Origin: Eledone cirrhosa
Lineage: Eukaryota
DNA length: 64,000 nt
Direction: 5' to 3'
Assembly: GCA_964016885.1 (NCBI GenBank)
Contig: OZ024743.1
Span: 190,774,001-190,838,000, forward strand
The notes under the pieces were generated by a model. The model was given only the letters and a program-made list of their open reading frames with translations. It ran no database searches and was not told the origin of the DNA. Positions 12,317 to 24,354 of this stretch are shown here, piece by piece. A program made the translations under genes and the position numbers. Numbering within the stretch: position 1 is the first letter of the stretch; each line of letters starts with the position of its first letter.

Positions 12317-14047
12317 TTTAAGTTGCAAATTTGATCGCCTTGCATGAGGGTTTTAATTGTGAGTTGTTCATAAACAAAAATGATAAGATAGAAAATTGTT
12401 TTATATAAAACAACAGCAGCAACAAAACAACAAACAACAAACAATATACTAGTGATCGTAGATATGATTTTAGATATGATGGAACTTATAAACATGTTCA
12501 TTTAAAGGACAACTGAAAACATAAAATTACATAACAAATCAATAAATATACACGAAAGATGGTGAAAACAGTTAGAAAATAAATAATTGAAAAATGACAT
12601 AGAAGGGGCACTGTTATTTAAAATAGCAATGACAATTTAGAAAGTACAGCAATGTATAATTAAGAGATTTTAATCAAATATAGGCTGATATTTAGGGAGA
12701 AAGATAATGTAGTTAAGAGTATATTTGTGGAATTAATTATCAAATCTGAAATTGCTTACAGGTTATAAACATTTTTAAATAGTGGAAACATGAAGAAGAA
12801 AAATATTATAGCCTGAGATATCAACTAATTATAGAAGAATGTATTTTGTTTGTGTATATGTTGCGTAATGATGAGTGCATCTGTGTTTGTGTTTGTGAGG
12901 GTTTTTATGTTTGCTTGTACAAAAATATATGTGTTTGTACATACCTATGTATACTTGGGTGTGCTTTATACCATTATGTAATCTAAATTTGTCCGTTCAT
13001 ATACATTTCTTTGCATAGATATGTGTACTGTGGGTGTATGTCTGTGTGTTTGTGCAAGATTCCAATAATTCTATAGACAAATATATACCTCACAATCCTA
13101 TACAAATACATATGTGGAATTATATATTCACACATATACATACCTGTATATGTTTGAAAACCTGATTATTTGTGATGTTCACTCCTGGTGAGTGTGTCAA
13201 TATGTGTATGTGTGAGCCCATGTATATTATGTGCGTGTAACTATGCATGTTCATAGAAATCCTATGCATGTGATTATAATATCTGTATCTAAATACAACT
13301 GCAACTTAACTCCAGTATAAATCATAATTATACTGAGAAGTAATCGAAAACCACATCCACATAAATCGAAAAATAAAGAAAGAAACGTGGCAGCTTCTTA
13401 TTTTCATTATTTTTCTTATAACTATAAAAGAAGTCATTATTTTTATCCCAATGGATATTCTTCAGACTGTCAAGAATAATATATGATATTGAATTAAGTA
13501 ATCTGGTAAAAGTAAAAATCTTAGATGTCATACAAAATGTTAATAGTATGTTTTTATATTTCAATCTACACTTTTTGTTTCATTTATTGACTAAGAATTA
13601 TTCTGAAACTGTTTTATATTTTTTTTTATTTTGGTTGTACTCTACTAATCTTTTAGGTTTTATTTACCATTTTCGTTCACAAATACTATTATTCAGTAAT
13701 ATTTACTATCATTGGCAGTGGTTCTTTCTGTTCGAACAAGTTATTATGTGTGTTACTCCACCAAACCGTTAAGAATAATTACAGGAAATGTTATATACAA
13801 TACAATGGTGTGATACGCAGTAAGAAATCTTTCTTCCAGTAAAGGTTACATGTATAAAAAATAAACAAACACTAACATTCAATATACTAGCCTAATAGTC
13901 GGAGGATTAAACAAAAACAACCGTGTTTGAGCTAAATCTGCCATATTTGGATTATACTGATTATATGTTTTCGTTCTGTGTTGCTTTTATATTATATTTG
14001 CTAAAAGAACTAAACATCTCATATATCTTTATTATGTATACATCTTT

Positions 14048-14158
14048 TCAAATCCCGCCGAGGTTAACTTTGCCTTTCATCCTTACGGCGTCGATAAAAT
14101 AAAGTACCAGTAATGTACTGGGTAATTGCTGGCCTTGTGCCTAAAGTAAAAACAATTA
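14048..14158 (+). mobile_element. SINE family 1, 5'-truncated
   Basis: Same body and tail as the 19542 copy. Confidence 0.9.
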
Positions 14159-15665
14159 TATTTCTTATCAATGTCAATGGTTTGTTTTAAAAGAGAGAAA
14201 ATAGTCAACTCAATATAATTTGATGTTTAATAAATAAATTCATCAGTGGAGGATGATGATAAGGATGATGAGGAGAGGGGGTTGGGAGAAAAATACAGTA
14301 TCAGTGACCATCATAGGACCCTGTGAAATGAAAATAAGTATGTGGCATGCACAAAACATAATCATATTATAATTTCTTTCACTGATAATAGGTTGAGTGG
14401 TTAATAGGAAATAAAAGCCTCAATTTTAATTAAAACAGCTCCCCAAAAAACCAAAAGCATACTGCATCAGATAATTAACTCAAAAGTCAACATATTGTGT
14501 CTTATCTGCAAGATGTTTGAATCTATGCCTCAGAAATATACATTTAGTTTCAAGAATCCAGGGAATCCATTGTGGAAATGATTAGAGTAAAATTTTAACC
14601 ATGAAAATAAAAACCTACAACAGCTGTTGCAACTTCTTATCAAGAGAGGTATTTTCGTTTCATATGCTTAATCCTTTGATCCTTATGAATCATTGTGATA
14701 ATAGAGAGTAATAAATTTCTCCTTTTTAACTTTCCAAGTGATTTTTTTTTTTTGTTTAGCCTCTATTCTAGTATTTGCAGTTTTGGTGGTGGTAGAGGTA
14801 GAGTGGGTGATGGTGCTGTCGGTGGCGTTCTTGTTGGGTGATGGTAGTAGTGCTGGTAGTGTCAGTGGTTGTGGTCATGGTGAGGATGTCAGTAGTAGTT
14901 GTAGGAGTGGTGTTAGTGCTTGTGGTGGTGGTCATGGTGATGGTGTCAGTGGTGGTTGTAGGAGTGGTGTTGGTAGTTGCGGTGGTGGTCATGGTGATGA
15001 TGTCAGTGGTGATGGTAATGTTGGTGGTGGTGGTGGCTAATATGAATTTAGCTTTTTATTATGGGTAGCGTCATATCAGTGTTCAATGCAATTGGGTAAA
15101 AATGATAATATTAATGATGATGATAGTAATGCTTACAAGAAGGGGAGGAAATTATAAGTGTATCATCTTTTTATTGACCTTAATAATTGTTGTCTCCCTT
15201 ACCAATAATAACAGCTATTAATGGAGCAACTACAAGTTTTCTCAACCTACTGAAAATAGCAGAAAAGTCTCCCATTATATTACATGTAGCCATCAGAATA
15301 TTGATGATTAAAAAACATTTATTGAACAGAGTTAGCATACTTTTTATGCCATGTCTCCTAGACCAGAGCTGACTTAGGGCTAGAGCCAGTGAAACATTTT
15401 GAAACAGCAACTGGTCTTCTATATACTCACTTGACCTACTAAAAACCTCACCCAAAATACTTCAGATCCTACCCTAGGACACTTTATATGCGTTCCAAAA
15501 CATTGAAATATGGAATGTTCAAAACCAGAACATAATCAGAGATGTCTAGCATAAAAGTGATCTGTAGCTAATCAACAAGAATTACAACAAGAACATGAAA
15601 TGCTGCCATGTCATCATCGAAATATTATAATGATGTCTCCTCAAAAAAGTAGTCATAATCATGAT

Positions 15666-15864
15666 TTCTATTTTAGGCACAAGGCCAGCAGTTTATTGAG
15701 AGCTGAAACTAGATTAAATATGTACCAATGCTTGATTGCTATGTTTTTTATCCAATCCAGAAGGCTGAAAAGCAATTATGACCTCAGCAGGATTTGAATG
15801 CAGAACATAAAGGGCTGTAACCGAATGCTGAAAAACATTTTGTCCAATGCTCTAACAATTCTGC
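15666..15864 (-). mobile_element. Older diverged relative of SINE family 1
   Basis: GGCACAAGGCCAGCA and ACCTCAGCAGGATTTGAA blocks in the same order as family 1. Confidence 0.7.
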
Positions 15865-15886
15865 AAAGGATTTTTCTTCCACCACC

Positions 15887-15917
<31 letters not shown>

Positions 15918-15987
15918 CTTCTTCTTCTTCTTCTTCTTCTTCTTCTTCTTCTTCTTCTTCTTCTTCTTCTTCTTCTTCTTCTTCTTC
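15887..15987. repeat. (CTT)n microsatellite
   Basis: Perfect trinucleotide run. Confidence 0.97.
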
Positions 15988-16680
15988 GTTTTTGTTGGGT
16001 GGCGATGATGATTATGATGATATAAAGGATGAAGATAACAATGATAACGAGGAAGACAATGATGGTGGTGACGGTGGTAGTTGTAATGATAATGGCAATG
16101 ATGTTGATTAAGTTGATGATGGCAATGAATAGTATACTAATACTGCTTCTCCTGACGATGATGATGATGTTGATGATGATGAAGAGAACAATGATAATAA
16201 TGAGACCAATGAAGAAGGTAAATATGATTATACACTATATTTCTTTCGTGTGCACTTCTCAATAAGATATACTGCTGACTCAAACAAAAGAAGGCAGTCA
16301 AAGTTATGTATCTCATCAGATGTTCAGGTATAACTATTAATGACTTTGATGTTTATTCCTATGATATTACAGACATAGAACTATATATATTTATATTTCA
16401 TATTTGATTTGAATTTGCTTCCTTTTGCTTTCATTCTATGTTTTCTTTTTATGTTGATATATTTTTATTGTTGATGTTCTTAAGAAACCATATAAGATAT
16501 TTTCTTTATTGTTGCAATAGCACGAGCATTGATTGACAGTGACTGCTTACCAGTATACTGTTGCTGACAATTATTTATTGGCAAACAGACAGCTTAATGC
16601 AGTATACATACATACAAACATATAAACATACATGTACACAAACTCATGTATAAATATATATAAACATTTATTATCAGAAT

Positions 16681-16896
<216 letters not shown>

Positions 16897-17006
16897 GTAT
16901 GATTTTGTGTGTAAGTATGTGAAGCATAAACGTAAAACAACACAGGGAAAAATTCAGTACAATGAAGACGTATATTAATTTAATGCTTGATATACTAGGG
17001 AGTGAG

Positions 17007-17042
17007 TCTTCACGTTTTGGAGGATGGTCCTTCATCAGAAGA
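17007..17042 (-). ncRNA. Degenerate minimal hammerhead ribozyme motif in a PLE-end fragment
   Basis: Minus: TCTT-CTGATGA-A-GGA(CCATCC)TCC-AAAA-CGT-G-AAGA; stems I and II pair but GAAA is AAAA and the cleavage base is G. Confidence 0.6.
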
Positions 17043-17339
17043 TAGAATGAGAGATAGAAGAAGAAATAGAAACATAGAAGAATGGAAGAAAAAGAATCAG
17101 ACAAAAATCTTTTACAGAAGGAAACCACGCGTGTTTTTACTCAGACGAACACACACACACACACATATATATATATATTATATATATTCAAAAGTAGGTT
17201 TTTAATATACCCCACATCGGTAAAAGTATAGGTAAAAGAAATGTAATTAGAGTCTTTAAGAAGGTTTATTTACAATTATTTGTGAAACCCGTAAAGTTTT
17301 AGATAATTGTTTATAAACCTTACATTCTTTTCCCCATAT

Positions 17340-17420
<81 letters not shown>

Positions 17421-17423
<3 letters not shown>

Positions 17424-17583
17424 TTGTCCCCCAGTATTTGCGGGTGTTACGTTCTTAGAGCACCCACGAAGAGTGAAAACCCACGAATATTGGACTTGGT
17501 CAAGAAAAATGTCTATAAACATCAAAATATAACGTAAAATATAATTTTAAAAAAGGGCGTCCAATAGGCCGGCAAATACGGTA
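17421..17583. mobile_element. Tigger/pogo-like DNA transposon end fragments
   Basis: TA|CAGTTGTCCCCCAGTATTTGCGGG resembles Tigger/MER2-type termini; 17555-17583 reads TACCGTATTTGCCGGCCTATTGGACGC on minus, a pogo-type terminus. The two ends do not match each other. Confidence 0.55.
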
Positions 17584-17593
17584 TATCGTTATT

Positions 17594-17703
17594 AATCCCG
17601 CCGAGGTTAACTTTGCCTTTCATTCTTACGGGGTCGATAAAATAAAGTACCAGTAATACACTGGGATAATTGCTGGCCTTGTGCCAAAAGTAGAAACAGT
17701 TAT
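17594..17703 (+). mobile_element. SINE family 1, 5'-truncated
   Basis: Same body and tail as the 19542 copy. Confidence 0.9.
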
Positions 17704-18059
17704 TAATAATTTAGCTATAAAAATATATATATTACCACGAAAAAAGCCACAAAAAAGGCCGAAGATATTTACGCTTCCGCGAATATGCAGCAGTTTCTAC
17801 AAACAATTATTAGTTAGGTTCTAAGTAAAATTCTGCAAATAACCGGAACCCCGAATATATTATAAGAAAATGCTGTCTGTTCATTTCTCGTCTCAGGCGC
17901 TGCCTTTCTATTTCATCTTTTATTTCTCATTCTATCGTCTGAAGAAGGAATAGTATCATATACGTAAGGATTCTATTCTTAATATATCAAGCTTTAACTT
18001 AATATATTTGTTCATTCTACTGTGTTGTTTGTTTTGTTGTTTCCCTTCAACTTTTGCAT

Positions 18060-18900
18060 ACATACAACACTTCACCAGCAACTAAAAGTGTATGCAAAAA
18101 CAGAAACAAAAGACTGACATAGTTCAACCCACTTCACAATTTACAAGTCTCCACACCAGACGCAGCCAAAATCTTCAGGTTACCGGAAAAATAAACATTT
18201 CCTAAGAATCATTAGTACCAAAAACTAATCAACAAACAGTAATACCAAATTTTCCTATTCATCCACTAAAATCTTTGAACGAATCATTGCCAAAGCCAAT
18301 TACCATAAATTAACCAACACAGAAAGAAAACCCTGCAAAAGTAATGAAACCCATCCAGCATGTTTACCTAATAGAAACTGCTTAGCAAATAATTGTTTAT
18401 ACATTTGGCACAAGGCCAGTAATTACCCAGTACATTACTAGAACTTTATTTATCGACCCCGTAAGGATGAAAGACAAAGTTAACCTCGGCGGGATTTGAA
18501 ATCAGATCGTAAAGGGACGTAACTATGCTGGAAAGCATGGCGTCTGACTCTCTACCTATACTGCCATAGCAAATAATACTGTCTATTGCATCACCACAAC
18601 AAACACCAATAACATACAAATCAAAGCTACCTACATAGGATTAACTACAACTATATTTAATGAATATCACTATCAACAAATCTTGCAAAACATAGACAGA
18701 ATAAAAACCAATGATACATCTATATCTCACTATATTCTTCCTTGAATATCAAAAACACGCCCCACAATATCACTTTCCAAATTTTAATCCATACTCCACA
18801 TTACCACACTTACCCCAAACCCTGCAAACTGTTTACAACTATTCACACAGACGCATCTATTCACTTTCATTCCATCACCAAGGATAATGAACCCGATATT
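18060..18900 (+). mobile_element. Decayed PLE GIY-YIG endonuclease relic interrupted by a SINE
   Basis: Removing the SINE and one TSD gives PCKS...PACLPNRNCLANNTVYCITT...KATYIGLTTTIF, i.e. Cys-rich linker plus VY...YIG. Confidence 0.65.
18394..18566 (-). mobile_element. SINE family 1, near full length, 11-bp TSD
   Basis: TSD TAGCAAATAAT at 18383-18393 and 18567-18577. Confidence 0.92.
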
Positions 18901-19541
18901 CTCAACTATTATTGATAGCTAAGTGTATAATAAAAAATTGACCTGACTCAATGCTTTGCGAAGAAGGGTGACACGGTGGAAATGATTTTTGTGGTGGACG
19001 CGCATAAACGTTTTCCGTACAGGGCCCTAGCTCTGATAAACTTCTTCAAATGCCACTTAAAGGGAAAGGTTGGAGATAGTAAGAGAAATAAATGAGAGAG
19101 AGAGAGTCACTGAGAGAGAGATAGGGGGAGAGAGAGAGATAGAGTTAATTGAGAGCTAGAGAGAAAGAAAAACTCCCTTCTCTTGTGCTCCACACAATGT
19201 GAGTGAGTGGCAAGTACGACACGGTTAAATGGGTGCCCATTGATTAATTCATAAACAGTATAAATGAAGCCAAAATAGGACACATTCAACGACTCTGATG
19301 GAACAGATTAATCTGAGACTTGGTGTGGAATGTTCTTCCTAAATTATCAGAAAATGTTCTCTTCACTAATATGGAGCTTTTCTTGTTTTATTACATTTAG
19401 TATTTTTTTTGATTTCGACCACTTTTTGCACCGTGTAAAACCCACTCGGTGTTATATTTCGAGCTTGTATGAGATCATGAGGTTTGTACCAAACCTCGTG
19501 ATCTGATTGCTAATAAAAGAAACTATTATTAGCATTTCTAT

Positions 19542-19730
19542 GGCGGTGGATTGGCAGTATCGGTAGAGGGTTGGACGCCATGTTTTCCAGCATAGTTACG
19601 TCCCTTTACGATCTGAGTTCAAATCCCGCCAAGGTTGACTTTGCCTTTCATCCTTACGGGGTCGATAAAATAAAGTACCAGTAATGCACTGGGTAATTGC
19701 TGGCCTTGTGCCTAAAGTAGAAACAATTAT
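19542..19730 (+). mobile_element. SINE family 1, full length
   Basis: A-box-like TGGCAGTATCGG, B-box GAGTTCAAATCC, central GCCTTTCATCCTTACGGGGTCGATAAAATAAAGTACC block, (ATT)n tail; degenerate flanking duplication. Confidence 0.92.
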
Positions 19731-20024
19731 TAGTATGGCTATCATTATTGGCATGTATCTTGGGTGGTGGATTGACAGTATGGGTAGTAACACTCACATT
19801 CAACTGCTATCGTGTTGCTCGAATCAAAAAAATATAATTAAAAAAATATAATCTCCAACAATGAATGAAGACCATCATCATTAACCTAAGAACAGCTGAG
19901 GAGGAATGGGCCACTGAGAAAATCAAACTCAATCCAAAAGTGTTGCTTTTCATTTGATAAAAATTCCCAAGGTCTCCTTCTCCACTATTGGACTCCTCAT
20001 TGATACAATGGTACTCTCCATGAC

Positions 20025-20347
20025 AATGCTCGAAAATCTGTGAGCGCGACATCGTCTCTTCTCCGTACATTTGCTGCAGTATTCCGAGTGCTTCTGGTGG
20101 GCTTTTCCCCCGCCGGACCAGAAAGTTCAAGCTGGTTTGTTGTTCTCTGGCCATCACTCGGCGGGCTAAAATTGAGTAGATGTTAACAAAAGTACGTGAA
20201 AAAACATTCAATGACTGCAGAGCGCTGAGATCGTAGTTATATACTCCCCGGATATTACTACACACAGTGACGTAACCCGCTCATCCCTACCCCACTCATA
20301 GCTCACACAGCGCACTAAGTCCTGTTATTTTTCAGATACATTTCGTA
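20025..20347 (-). mobile_element. Mariner-type DNA transposon 5' fragment
   Basis: Terminus TACGAAATGTATCTGAAAAATAACAGGACT followed by N-terminal HTH peptide MAREQQTSLNFLVRRGKSPPEALGILQQMYGEETMSRSQIFE. Confidence 0.75.
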
Positions 20348-21146
20348 TGTGCGTGTTTGTTAGTGTAAGTATCTATACAAAAATCTTTTTATTCATAACA
20401 TCTTAATATATAAAAGATTTTTGCATAGTAACTGAAGTTTCGTATATGTCATTATTGAAACTATCAGATCTAGTTGCAAAATGGAAAGTAGCTATACATC
20501 GTATATGTACAGATTATGTTCGAGAGGTTTGCTCTTTCTATCTAACATCATAAAATGTTCTCGTTCAGTACAAAATACTTATCTTGGTGTAACTTCATTG
20601 TTAGGATGCTATTCCCTTCCTTTATCTAGTTTTAAATTTTTTCTATATTGAATTGATATCTATTATATTCATGTTGATTTGTAGTTGAGAAAATCAGATA
20701 TTGTATTTAATATTATCTCGTAGTTGTTAGAGTGATTTACTATCTCTAAATATATACATGTTTTTCTTTCTCTCTCTCTGTACGTGTCAATAAGATCCTA
20801 TATTTAGTATTAAGTATTAAACATTTCGTTCACAGAATGTGAGAGAAATCAGAGAAGTTAAAGATAATAGAGTAATCATTTCTTAATGCTTTCTCCGTCT
20901 ATGTTTTCTTTCATTTATTTCTAAACAGCAATGTTCTCAAAGACATGTGAGGCTAAGCACATTACCTTTTCCGATTGTTTGACTAATTCAATATTTCAAA
21001 GATGGTGTATCCCTGTCAATCTGTTGCTTTTAAGTTTCATTTCTCTCCTTTATTAATGAATTATATACATTACCAAAATATATATCCTCACGAATCTGAA
21101 ACACATTAAATATAAAGTATAGTGAATTATATTTTAGAAAAGAATT

Positions 21147-21198
21147 TATATATATATGTATGTATGTATATATGTATGTATGTATGTATGAATGTATG
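21147..21198. repeat. (TATG)n tract at the 3' end of the RLE element
   Basis: Seen directly. Confidence 0.9.
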
Positions 21199-24152
21199 TT
21201 TTCTCTTTCTCTTAATTTCGAGTATATTTTTTTGACCGGCCACCTTCCTGGTGGCAAGGTTGTAAAAGAAAAGAAATTGTCATCCCTTGAATCGCAAGAA
21301 TGTTTTGCATATTTTGAAGGTGCCAGCTATCGCAGCCATTTGTAGACTATGAATTAGGGAGATGTGCTTTTTGTCCGCAAATCCAAGTTCGGTCATACTT
21401 TCGTCCAAGCGGGTTGGTATATAACCCGTAGCACCAATAATGATGGGTATGAAGCTAAAGGTGTATCTTGGATACTGGATTTGTAAGCTCCTCATCAATG
21501 GTCCGTAGATGTCCTCCTTCTCCTGTATTTTTCTGACAACGTTTACATCAAGTGGGCAGCTGATCTCCACAACAGAACACGTTTTCAATGTGTGGTCCCA
21601 AACTACAATATCAGGCCGGTTGTGCTTTAATTTGGTGGCAGTTTTTATTTTCAGGTTCCACCAGTATTCCTTAGTGCCATCTGTCTCAATATATTCTTCC
21701 TCGTTTGTTGTTAATTTTGTTTTCCGAAGTGCGTTCCAGATAGTTCTAGCTATCCCATCGTGTCTCATGGGGAGGTAGTAGCGAGATGACATTCTTTCGC
21801 AGCTGGCAACAATGTGGCTTACATCCTCGATCTTTGTTTTACATAGCCTACATTTATTGTCAGCTGCTGGCCCTCCTCTTTTGTGCAGCAGATATTTGGT
21901 AGGGAGTTCTTGTTCCTGTATTGCATAGAGATATCCCTCAAGGTGTGATGTCATAAACTTGTCGGAACTCCATGCCAGGCTTTTTGAGTGGTTTATCCCC
22001 TCTATGGTCTGTGTTTTACGCCTCAAGTATCCATGCACAACTTTCTCTGTAAATTGGTCAATTTTTTTTTCTTGTTTGAACATTGAATAGGATCTTCCGA
22101 TTTCTCTGGGTGAGAGATTTATATCAGGCTTTATTCCATATCTCTCCTCCAGATTAGTCGCTATTCTAATGATATTTCTTTTTTCATGCTCATAAACCTG
22201 AGCAAGATGGTCGCCAACCTTTTTCCTCTGTTGAAGGTGTTGCTTCAGTGTTACTATCCGGGTCTCATATGTTGTTAATATTGATTTTAGACCCCGGCCA
22301 CCTTCCTTGCGTGAGAAGTATAGCCTATCCACATCACCATTGATGTTAAAGTTCCCAGTAACACTGAGAAGTTTTCGAGTTCTAACATCCATCTCACTTA
22401 GTTCTTGCAATGACCAGTTCAGTAGGCCAAATGTTGGCGTTAGAATTGGCACAGCATAGGTATTGTGGGCAATGTATTTGTTGTATGCTGACAGTTCTGA
22501 TGACCATATTTTTTTTACTCTTCTTAGGTATTCAGTTCTGGTTCTCTCCTTATTTATGGGTCCATCATATCTGACATTCTCATCCTGTCCAAGATATCTG
22601 TAGTTGTCACCTGACTGCAGAGGTTGTATTGTCAGGCCGTTCATATCTAGATTTCTAGAGGAGGGCACAGCTCTTCCACGTTTTACTGCCAAATATGCAC
22701 ACTTGGACTCACCAAATTTCATTTTGATGTCGGTTGAAAATTGTGTAATGAGGTCCAATTGTTTCTTGATGTCATTGATATTTGGCCCATACAACTTCAG
22801 GTCATCAACAAAGAAAAGATGGGAGATACTTCTGGGCCCACTTCTTTGTCCACCTTGTTTCCTGAGTAGGTAAGATAGTGGATTCAGTGAGAGAACGAAG
22901 AGTAGTACTGACAAGCTATCACCCTGAAAGATGCCCTTCTGGTAATGTATCCTATCAGTCTTAACCTGCTCCTTCTCACCTCTAAGGATCAAATTGGTGT
23001 ACCAGTTCTTGGTCAGGCGTTTAACAGCAGCTACTAATGGTTGTGGGACTTTAGCTAACTGTAAAGCCTTAATAATCCACCCATGAGGTACACTATCAAA
23101 TGCTTTTTGATAGTCCAGCCACACGACAGTCATGTTTCTGCGATTCTTTGTTGTTTTTTCCTGAATCATTTTGTTAGTTAGTAGGTGATCTATGCAACCC
23201 CACACCTCCCTCTTTCCACCAGCTTGCTCAGGTGTTATGATGTTGTTAGAAGCACAGTGATCCTGTAAGAACAGGTTAAGGCACCCAGTATATAATTTAT
23301 ACATGATGTTTTGGCAGGCAATTGGGCGGTAATTTTTAGCAAGGGTGGTTTGGCTATTTTGGGGAATGAGGAGAGTAGTGGCAGTTGATAACCATCTGGG
23401 CAGTTCTTGTGTGCCCTTAATGGTTTCTGTAAACAGCCGTATGAGATCTTGCCGATAGAAAGTGAAATTCTTCAACCAGTATCCTGTAATGAGGTCTGGG
23501 CCTGGCGATTTCCTATTCGACATTTTCTGTAGAGCTGTTTCCAGTATTGACCCATCTATGTCATATTGTTTTGTCTGGACATGTTGGCAGTAGTCCTGTT
23601 CCAGTTGTTTTAGCCAATTAGCTTGTCTGTTGAATCCGTCATCCGTTTCCCATACAGATCTCCAGTAGTTCTCAACCTGTTCTTTTGAAGGGGTGTCGTT
23701 TACAGGGATTGAGCTTTTGCCACCGAAGCTGCGATAAACTGATTTAGGATCTCTGGCAAACAATCTATTTAGCACTTGTCGTTTATGGGCTGTTGACTTA
23801 TATTTTAGTCTTTCTGTTGTAGCTGTGAGTTGTTGTTTCAACTGGTGTAATTTGGAGTTCAAAGTTTTAAATTTGGTATCTCCAAATCGTCTCTCTAACT
23901 TTTTCTTTAGGTCTTCCTGGTGTCGTGTGAAGTTTCTCTCTATGTTGCATTTCATAACGACTGCGATGTGTGAGATACTTCGTCTCAGGGACAAAATTTT
24001 GGTTTTTAAATTTCGCATCCACGCTGGTTCAGGCTTTCTGTTTGTATCTTGATTGCGTGGTTTTAGATGTGTGTTATATGATAGCAATGTGACAGCTGAA
24101 ACATATAACAAAACATTGAGGGTTTCAAATGTCGTTTCTACACCTTTAGATC
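21199..24152 (-). mobile_element. R4/Dong-like non-LTR retrotransposon with restriction-like endonuclease, 5'-truncated, young
   Basis: Single RT-CCHC-RLE frame, about 80-nt 3'UTR with hairpin GCCACC-N5-GGTGGC, (TATG)n on both flanks. Confidence 0.88.
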
Positions 24153-24153
24153 G
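21280..24153 (-). CDS. Reverse transcriptase + CCHC knuckle + PD-(D/E)xK restriction-like endonuclease (957 uninterrupted codons, no native start)
   Basis: KSPGPD, YRPIAC, LDYQKAFDSVPH, GIFQGDSLS, LFFVDDLKLY, YRYLG, GGRGL; CRLC-x8-H-x4-C, RHD, RPDIVVWD...EISCP...K. Confidence 0.9.
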   Translation of the reverse strand, partial: RSKGVETTFETLNVLLYVSAVTLLSYNTHLKPRNQDTNRKPEPAWMRNLKTKILSLRRSISHIAVVMKCNIERNFTRHQEDLKKKLERRFGDTKFKTLNSKLHQLKQQLTATTERLKYKSTAHKRQVLNRLFARDPKSVYRSFGGKSSIPVNDTPSKEQVENYWRSVWETDDGFNRQANWLKQLEQDYCQHVQTKQYDIDGSILETALQKMSNRKSPGPDLITGYWLKNFTFYRQDLIRLFTETIKGTQELPRWLSTATTLLIPQNSQTTLAKNYRPIACQNIMYKLYTGCLNLFLQDHCASNNIITPEQAGGKREVWGCIDHLLTNKMIQEKTTKNRRNMTVVWLDYQKAFDSVPHGWIIKALQLAKVPQPLVAAVKRLTKNWYTNLILRGEKEQVKTDRIHYQKGIFQGDSLSVLLFVLSLNPLSYLLRKQGGQRSGPRSISHLFFVDDLKLYGPNINDIKKQLDLITQFSTDIKMKFGESKCAYLAVKRGRAVPSSRNLDMNGLTIQPLQSGDNYRYLGQDENVRYDGPINKERTRTEYLRRVKKIWSSELSAYNKYIAHNTYAVPILTPTFGLLNWSLQELSEMDVRTRKLLSVTGNFNINGDVDRLYFSRKEGGRGLKSILTTYETRIVTLKQHLQQRKKVGDHLAQVYEHEKRNIIRIATNLEERYGIKPDINLSPREIGRSYSMFKQEKKIDQFTEKVVHGYLRRKTQTIEGINHSKSLAWSSDKFMTSHLEGYLYAIQEQELPTKYLLHKRGGPAADNKCRLCKTKIEDVSHIVASCERMSSRYYLPMRHDGIARTIWNALRKTKLTTNEEEYIETDGTKEYWWNLKIKTATKLKHNRPDIVVWDHTLKTCSVVEISCPLDVNVVRKIQEKEDIYGPLMRSLQIQYPRYTFSFIPIIIGATGYIPTRLDESMTELGFADKKHISLIHSLQMAAIAGTFKICKTFLRFKG

Positions 24154-24235
24154 TATGTATGTATGTATGTATGTATGTATGTATGTATGTATGTATGTAT
24201 GGATGGATGGATGGATGTATGTATGTATGTATGTA
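24153..24235. repeat. (GTAT)n/(GGAT)n tract at the 5' junction of the RLE element
   Basis: Seen directly; same unit and strand as the 3' flank. Confidence 0.93.
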
Positions 24236-24320
24236 AAAGGTAAACAGAAATAACAACACAATCGGCACAGTATTTGGAAAGAATATATTAGGTTAACGCT
24301 TGAAATAGCAGCAAGATGGC

Positions 24321-24354
24321 CTTAACGTTTCGGACGATAGTCATTCATCAGAAG
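24321..24354 (-). ncRNA. Minimal type I hammerhead ribozyme motif
   Basis: Minus: CTT-CTGATGA-A-TGAC(TATC)GTCC-GAAA-CGT-T-AAG; stem I CTT/AAG, palindromic ACGT stem III, GUU site; one mismatch at the base of stem II. Confidence 0.72.

Noticed and set aside
14738-15068. Gly/His/Cys-rich (plus) and Thr-rich mucin-like (minus) ORFs with a 57-bp period
   Set aside because: Degenerate (GGT)n low-complexity repeat open in several frames; no clear splice sites or start context.
15202-15248. Possible minus-strand micro-exon with good acceptor and GTAAGG donor; similar splice-like sites at 11701-11780, 16267-16327, 32128 and 52707 on plus
   Set aside because: No recognisable product or consistent gene model; such sites arise by chance in AT-rich DNA.
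17936-18000. CTGAAGA followed by hairpin GGAATAG/CTATTCT as a hammerhead
   Set aside because: GAAA and stem III are not recognisable; too decayed to call.
24154-24261. N-terminal extension (MCCYFCLPFTYIHT...) of the 993-aa ORF
   Set aside because: Read-through of the (ATAC)n flank from a non-ATG start; not part of the element or a real fusion protein on present evidence.
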